In this document: one piece after another, positions 60,748 to 64,000 of the stretch
Layout of the letters: each line of letters starts with the position of its first letter
Position numbering within the stretch: the stretch's first letter is position 1
Program-made: the position numbers and the translations under genes
From: Gekko japonicus
Lineage: Eukaryota
Assembly (NCBI RefSeq): GCF_001447785.1
Contig: NW_015160843.1
Coordinates: forward strand, 954,483-1,018,482
Direction: 5' to 3'
DNA: 64,000 nt
Notes under the pieces: model-generated
What the model was told of the DNA's origin: nothing
The model's database searches: none
What the model saw: the letters and a program-made list of their open reading frames with translations, nothing else

Positions 60748-61927
60748 GTAATAGTTGTTGTAGATTTTCTGGGCTGCATGACGGTGGTCTTGGCATTGTA
60801 GGACCTGACGTTTCGCCAGCAGCTGTGACTGGCATTCTCAGAGGTATAACACAGAAAGATGGAGTACTCCCTGTGTCAAGGTGAGAAGAAAAATGGTAGG
60901 CAGGTAATTTATATCTACTCAGGAAGGTGGGGTAGGGCTGAGTCATTATCTTGTAGGAGTTTCCCAGGCTGTGACATGCTAATGGAGAAGCTTTCCTGAG
61001 GAGGTTCTTTTGCATATGGATTGGCTGTTGAAATTCTAATCTTATCTGTAGTGCTATTGTAAGATGTAGAGCATTTTGTGTTTTTCAGGACAGGAAAAAA
61101 TGCCCTATTTATTTTTAAACTCTCTTCTTTCCTGTTGCAATTGTGTTTATGTTTATGAATTTTGATGGCTTCCCTGTGTAACCTGACATGGTAATTGGAT
61201 ATGTTTTGTCCAGTCTTTCAGTGTCATGGAATAAGATACTGTGTCCTGTTTGAGTTAGGCTATGTTCAGCCACTGCTGATTTTTCAGGTTGGCCCAGTCT
61301 GCAGTGTCTTTCATGTTCTTTTATTCTTGTCTGAATACTACAACATGTGGTCCTGATGTAAACCTGTCCACAACTGCATGGTATGCAGTATACTCCTGCA
61401 GAAGTGAGGGGGTTTCTTCTGTCTTTTGCTGATTGTAGCATCTGTTGTACTTTTCTGGTGGGTCTGAATACTGTTTGTAGGTTGTGTTTTTCATAAGTTT
61501 TCCCATCTGATCAGTGATTCCTTTGATATATGGCAAAACATTTTTCCTGTGGGAGACTGTTTTTCCTCAGTTTTTTGTTTTATGTTTGGTTTAATTGCTC
61601 TTCTGATTTCATTCTTGGAGTAGCCATTTGCTTGAAGTGAGTGGTTTAGATGGAGTAGCCATTAGCTTGAAGTGAGTTCATTGTTGAGAAAGTGTGGTTC
61701 ACATGTGTCTTGCACGGTCTACTAATGTTTTGATTATGCCTCTCTTTTTTTGCCGAGGGTGGTGATTGGAATTTTTGTGTAAATAACAATCGGTGTGAAT
61801 TGGTTTTCTGTAGACCTTGTGACCTAATTGAAGGTTAGCTTTGTGGATGACCATGATATCTAGAAATGGGAGTTGACCCTCAGTTTCTGTTTCCATGGTG
61901 AACTGAGGAAAAACAGTCTCCCACAGG
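60748..61927 (-). mobile_element. 5'-truncated Penelope-like element (RT thumb + GIY-YIG endonuclease + terminal repeat)
   Basis: LPFLDI...VYRKPIHTD.YLH..S.HHP, PYIKGI, and GVYCIPCSCGQVYI.TT...RIKEHERH...SAVAEH. Confidence 0.92.
60803..60847 (-). ncRNA. Minimal type I hammerhead ribozyme motif (degenerate)
   Basis: The minus strand reads acct-CTGAGAA-tgccagtcacagctgctggc-GAAACGTC-aggt. Confidence 0.7.
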
Positions 61928-62149
61928 CTCAGGCTGGATCACAAAACAGAATCTAAAACATGTCAGGTACAATATTACAGAATAATTAAAACTATTTAAA
62001 GAAACATAAATTAAAACAGGTTGTATTATTTGTCTCTGTCCAAAGTTTCCAAGGTGGTGCCATTGGGTCTCCAAGATCTTAATCTGGGCTGTGTAGAGGT
62101 GGTAAATTTTAGCAGATTTTTATTGGACGCCTGCTGCCTCAGCCAAAGG

Positions 62150-62500
62150 CCTGTCAGAACAGCTCCAATTTATACACTCTGTGGAATGGTAATAAGTCCC
62201 ACAGGGCCCTGATCTCAAATGGAAGCATTCTCCATCAGGTTGGGGCCAGGGCAGAAAAAGCCCTGGCCCTGGTCAAGGCTAAGCATATGTCCCTTTGGCT
62301 GGGGACAACCAGCAGATCTTGATCGGCAGAGCACAAGGCTCTCTGGGGCCCATATGGGGAGAGATGGTTCTTCAGGTTTGTTGGTCCTAGCCCACACAAG
62401 GCTTGAAACAGATCCAGTTCTCAGTTGGTAGCCAATGCAGGTGCACTACTGCAGTTTGCACTAGCTGGAGTTTCTGGATCAGCTGCAAGGGCAAGCCTGC
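62150..62500 (-). mobile_element. Older L2-like fragment
   Basis: Antisense remnants of the YL...LSPY.P.R.L and RAFS..AP..WN motifs (ggccagggctttttctgccctggccccaacctgatggagaatgc). Confidence 0.55.
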
Positions 62501-62861
62501 AAAGGATTGCTAAAAAATCATCCCTTTTGTCTCCTTTTCTAAATATCTATCAAATTTGTCATTAATGAGCTCTCAATATATGTATAGATTTTTGCATTGG
62601 ACTATGTGACTCCCAAAGAGATGATTTAAGGGAAAACTGCATGGTAGATGAAATTTCATACAATTTCCCCCTAGTTCATATAAAGTAAAAAGCAGCTGCT
62701 GAAGACTTTATTTAGGAGTGGAAGAAGGGCAGGTGAGGAACAAGTACTCAACCCAGCTCTCCTGGGTCTGAGGTTGAATTTTTTTCACAGCACTTAGCAC
62801 CTGGTCCTTTTAGCTGGAGATGCTGGGGACTGAACCTGGGATCTTCTGCACACTAAGCACT

Positions 62862-63760
62862 AGGAATGGGCATGAACTGGGAAAATGCAGTTCATTTCAT
62901 TTTGTGGTTTGTGGCATGCCTGGTTTGTGAGGCACAAACCATCAAGAACTTTTAAGAGACACCAAACTCATAGAGGATCTCTGGCTCGCCTATACCTGCC
63001 CTCCAAGTTTGATGAGAATTATATTTACATGGTCCAAGTTACACTCCCCTCAATGAAGGTACCCCCATCCTCTATTGTTTCTAATGGAGGGGGAAAAAAA
63101 GCAAGGGCAATAGAAGCCCAGCAGAACAGAATCAAAGTCCCCAAGAATCACTGCAGTAGAAGCTGAAGGCGGGGGGCATTTTTGCAAGCCCAACAGAACC
63201 AGTGCAATGTGTCCAGCAGAACCAGTGCCACTGTGGCACTGCAAACCCAACATGACTAAGGTCAGACCAGAGAATCTCTGCACTAGAAACCAACGGGGGG
63301 CATTTTTCAAGGCCAGCAGAATCAGTGCAATGTACTAGTGCCCAGCAGAACCCAGTGCCATTGTGGCAATGCCAGCTCAACTGGGCTGATGCCTAGCACA
63401 GAATCACAATCCAAGCAAAGGGGGCAGGGTTGGAAGCCCAGCAGAACCTGTGCAATGTACTAGTGCCCAGAAGAATCCAGTGCTGATGTGGCAATGCCAG
63501 CTCAATCACAATCTAAGCAAGGGCAGGGGTCATTTTGCAATCTCAGCAGTACCAATACAATATACAGGGTGCCCAGCAGTACCACTACAATTAGAGAGTG
63601 CCCAGCAGAGTCCAGTGCCACTGTCATTGCAAGCTTGAAAGGACTGATCTCAAAGCACAGAGTCACGAATCCAAGCAAGGGTGGTGGGATTTTGCAAGCT
63701 CTATGCAAGAAAATGGGAAGTGAACACAAAGGAACACCAGCATGGGGGAGGGTGCGCTCT
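62862..63760. mobile_element. hAT-like MITE with internal degenerate tandem units
   Basis: Start taggaatgggcatgaac. Repeated units cccagcagaac(c)agtgc from ~63115 to ~63640. Confidence 0.6.
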
Positions 63761-64000
63761 TGAATCTGACAACAGTGGAGAATTCCAATCCCTGTTGCTT
63801 TGAAGTTTAATAAATATTTTGTTTGAGTGGATACAATCTGTCTAGAAATGAATCCATTCACAAATCTGCATAAACCTCCACAAACTGCTTGAAACTCTGT
63901 GGAATGTTTGTGCTGGTTGACCTGCCACAAACTTCAGTTCACTGTTGCCATGCAAGGTGCTTGTAGCACTGTTATGGACTTAAAACTTGGACTATGCGAA

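Noticed and set aside
63110-63700. CRISPR-like repeat/spacer appearance
   Set aside because: The units are degenerate, the intervening sequences are themselves repetitive, the context is eukaryotic and there are no cas genes.

Overview
This is vertebrate nuclear DNA, almost certainly squamate and probably gecko, judged from the repeat families (Sauria SINE, 5S-headed and tRNA-headed SINEs, squamate L2, RTE/BovB, CR1, Penelope and many hAT/Harbinger MITEs). I could not support any host protein-coding exon, tRNA, rRNA gene or CRISPR array. It reads as a gene desert or large intron made of nested transposable elements, with a few enhancer-like unique islands. Main points of interest: (1) three full-length, TSD-flanked ~1.8-kb retroposons that encode only an L1-type ORF1p (HAL1-like); (2) a fourth TSD-flanked retroposon with an ORF I do not recognise, nested in a SPIN/Charlie-type hAT and carrying a Sauria SINE; (3) a near full-length L2 LINE with a twin-priming-like 5' inversion; (4) a heavily decayed rve-integrase fossil (Ginger2/KRBA2-like) that the ORF track misses; (5) two Penelope-borne minimal hammerhead ribozymes with complementary inactivating changes. 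All family assignments come from motif recognition by eye, not database searches.
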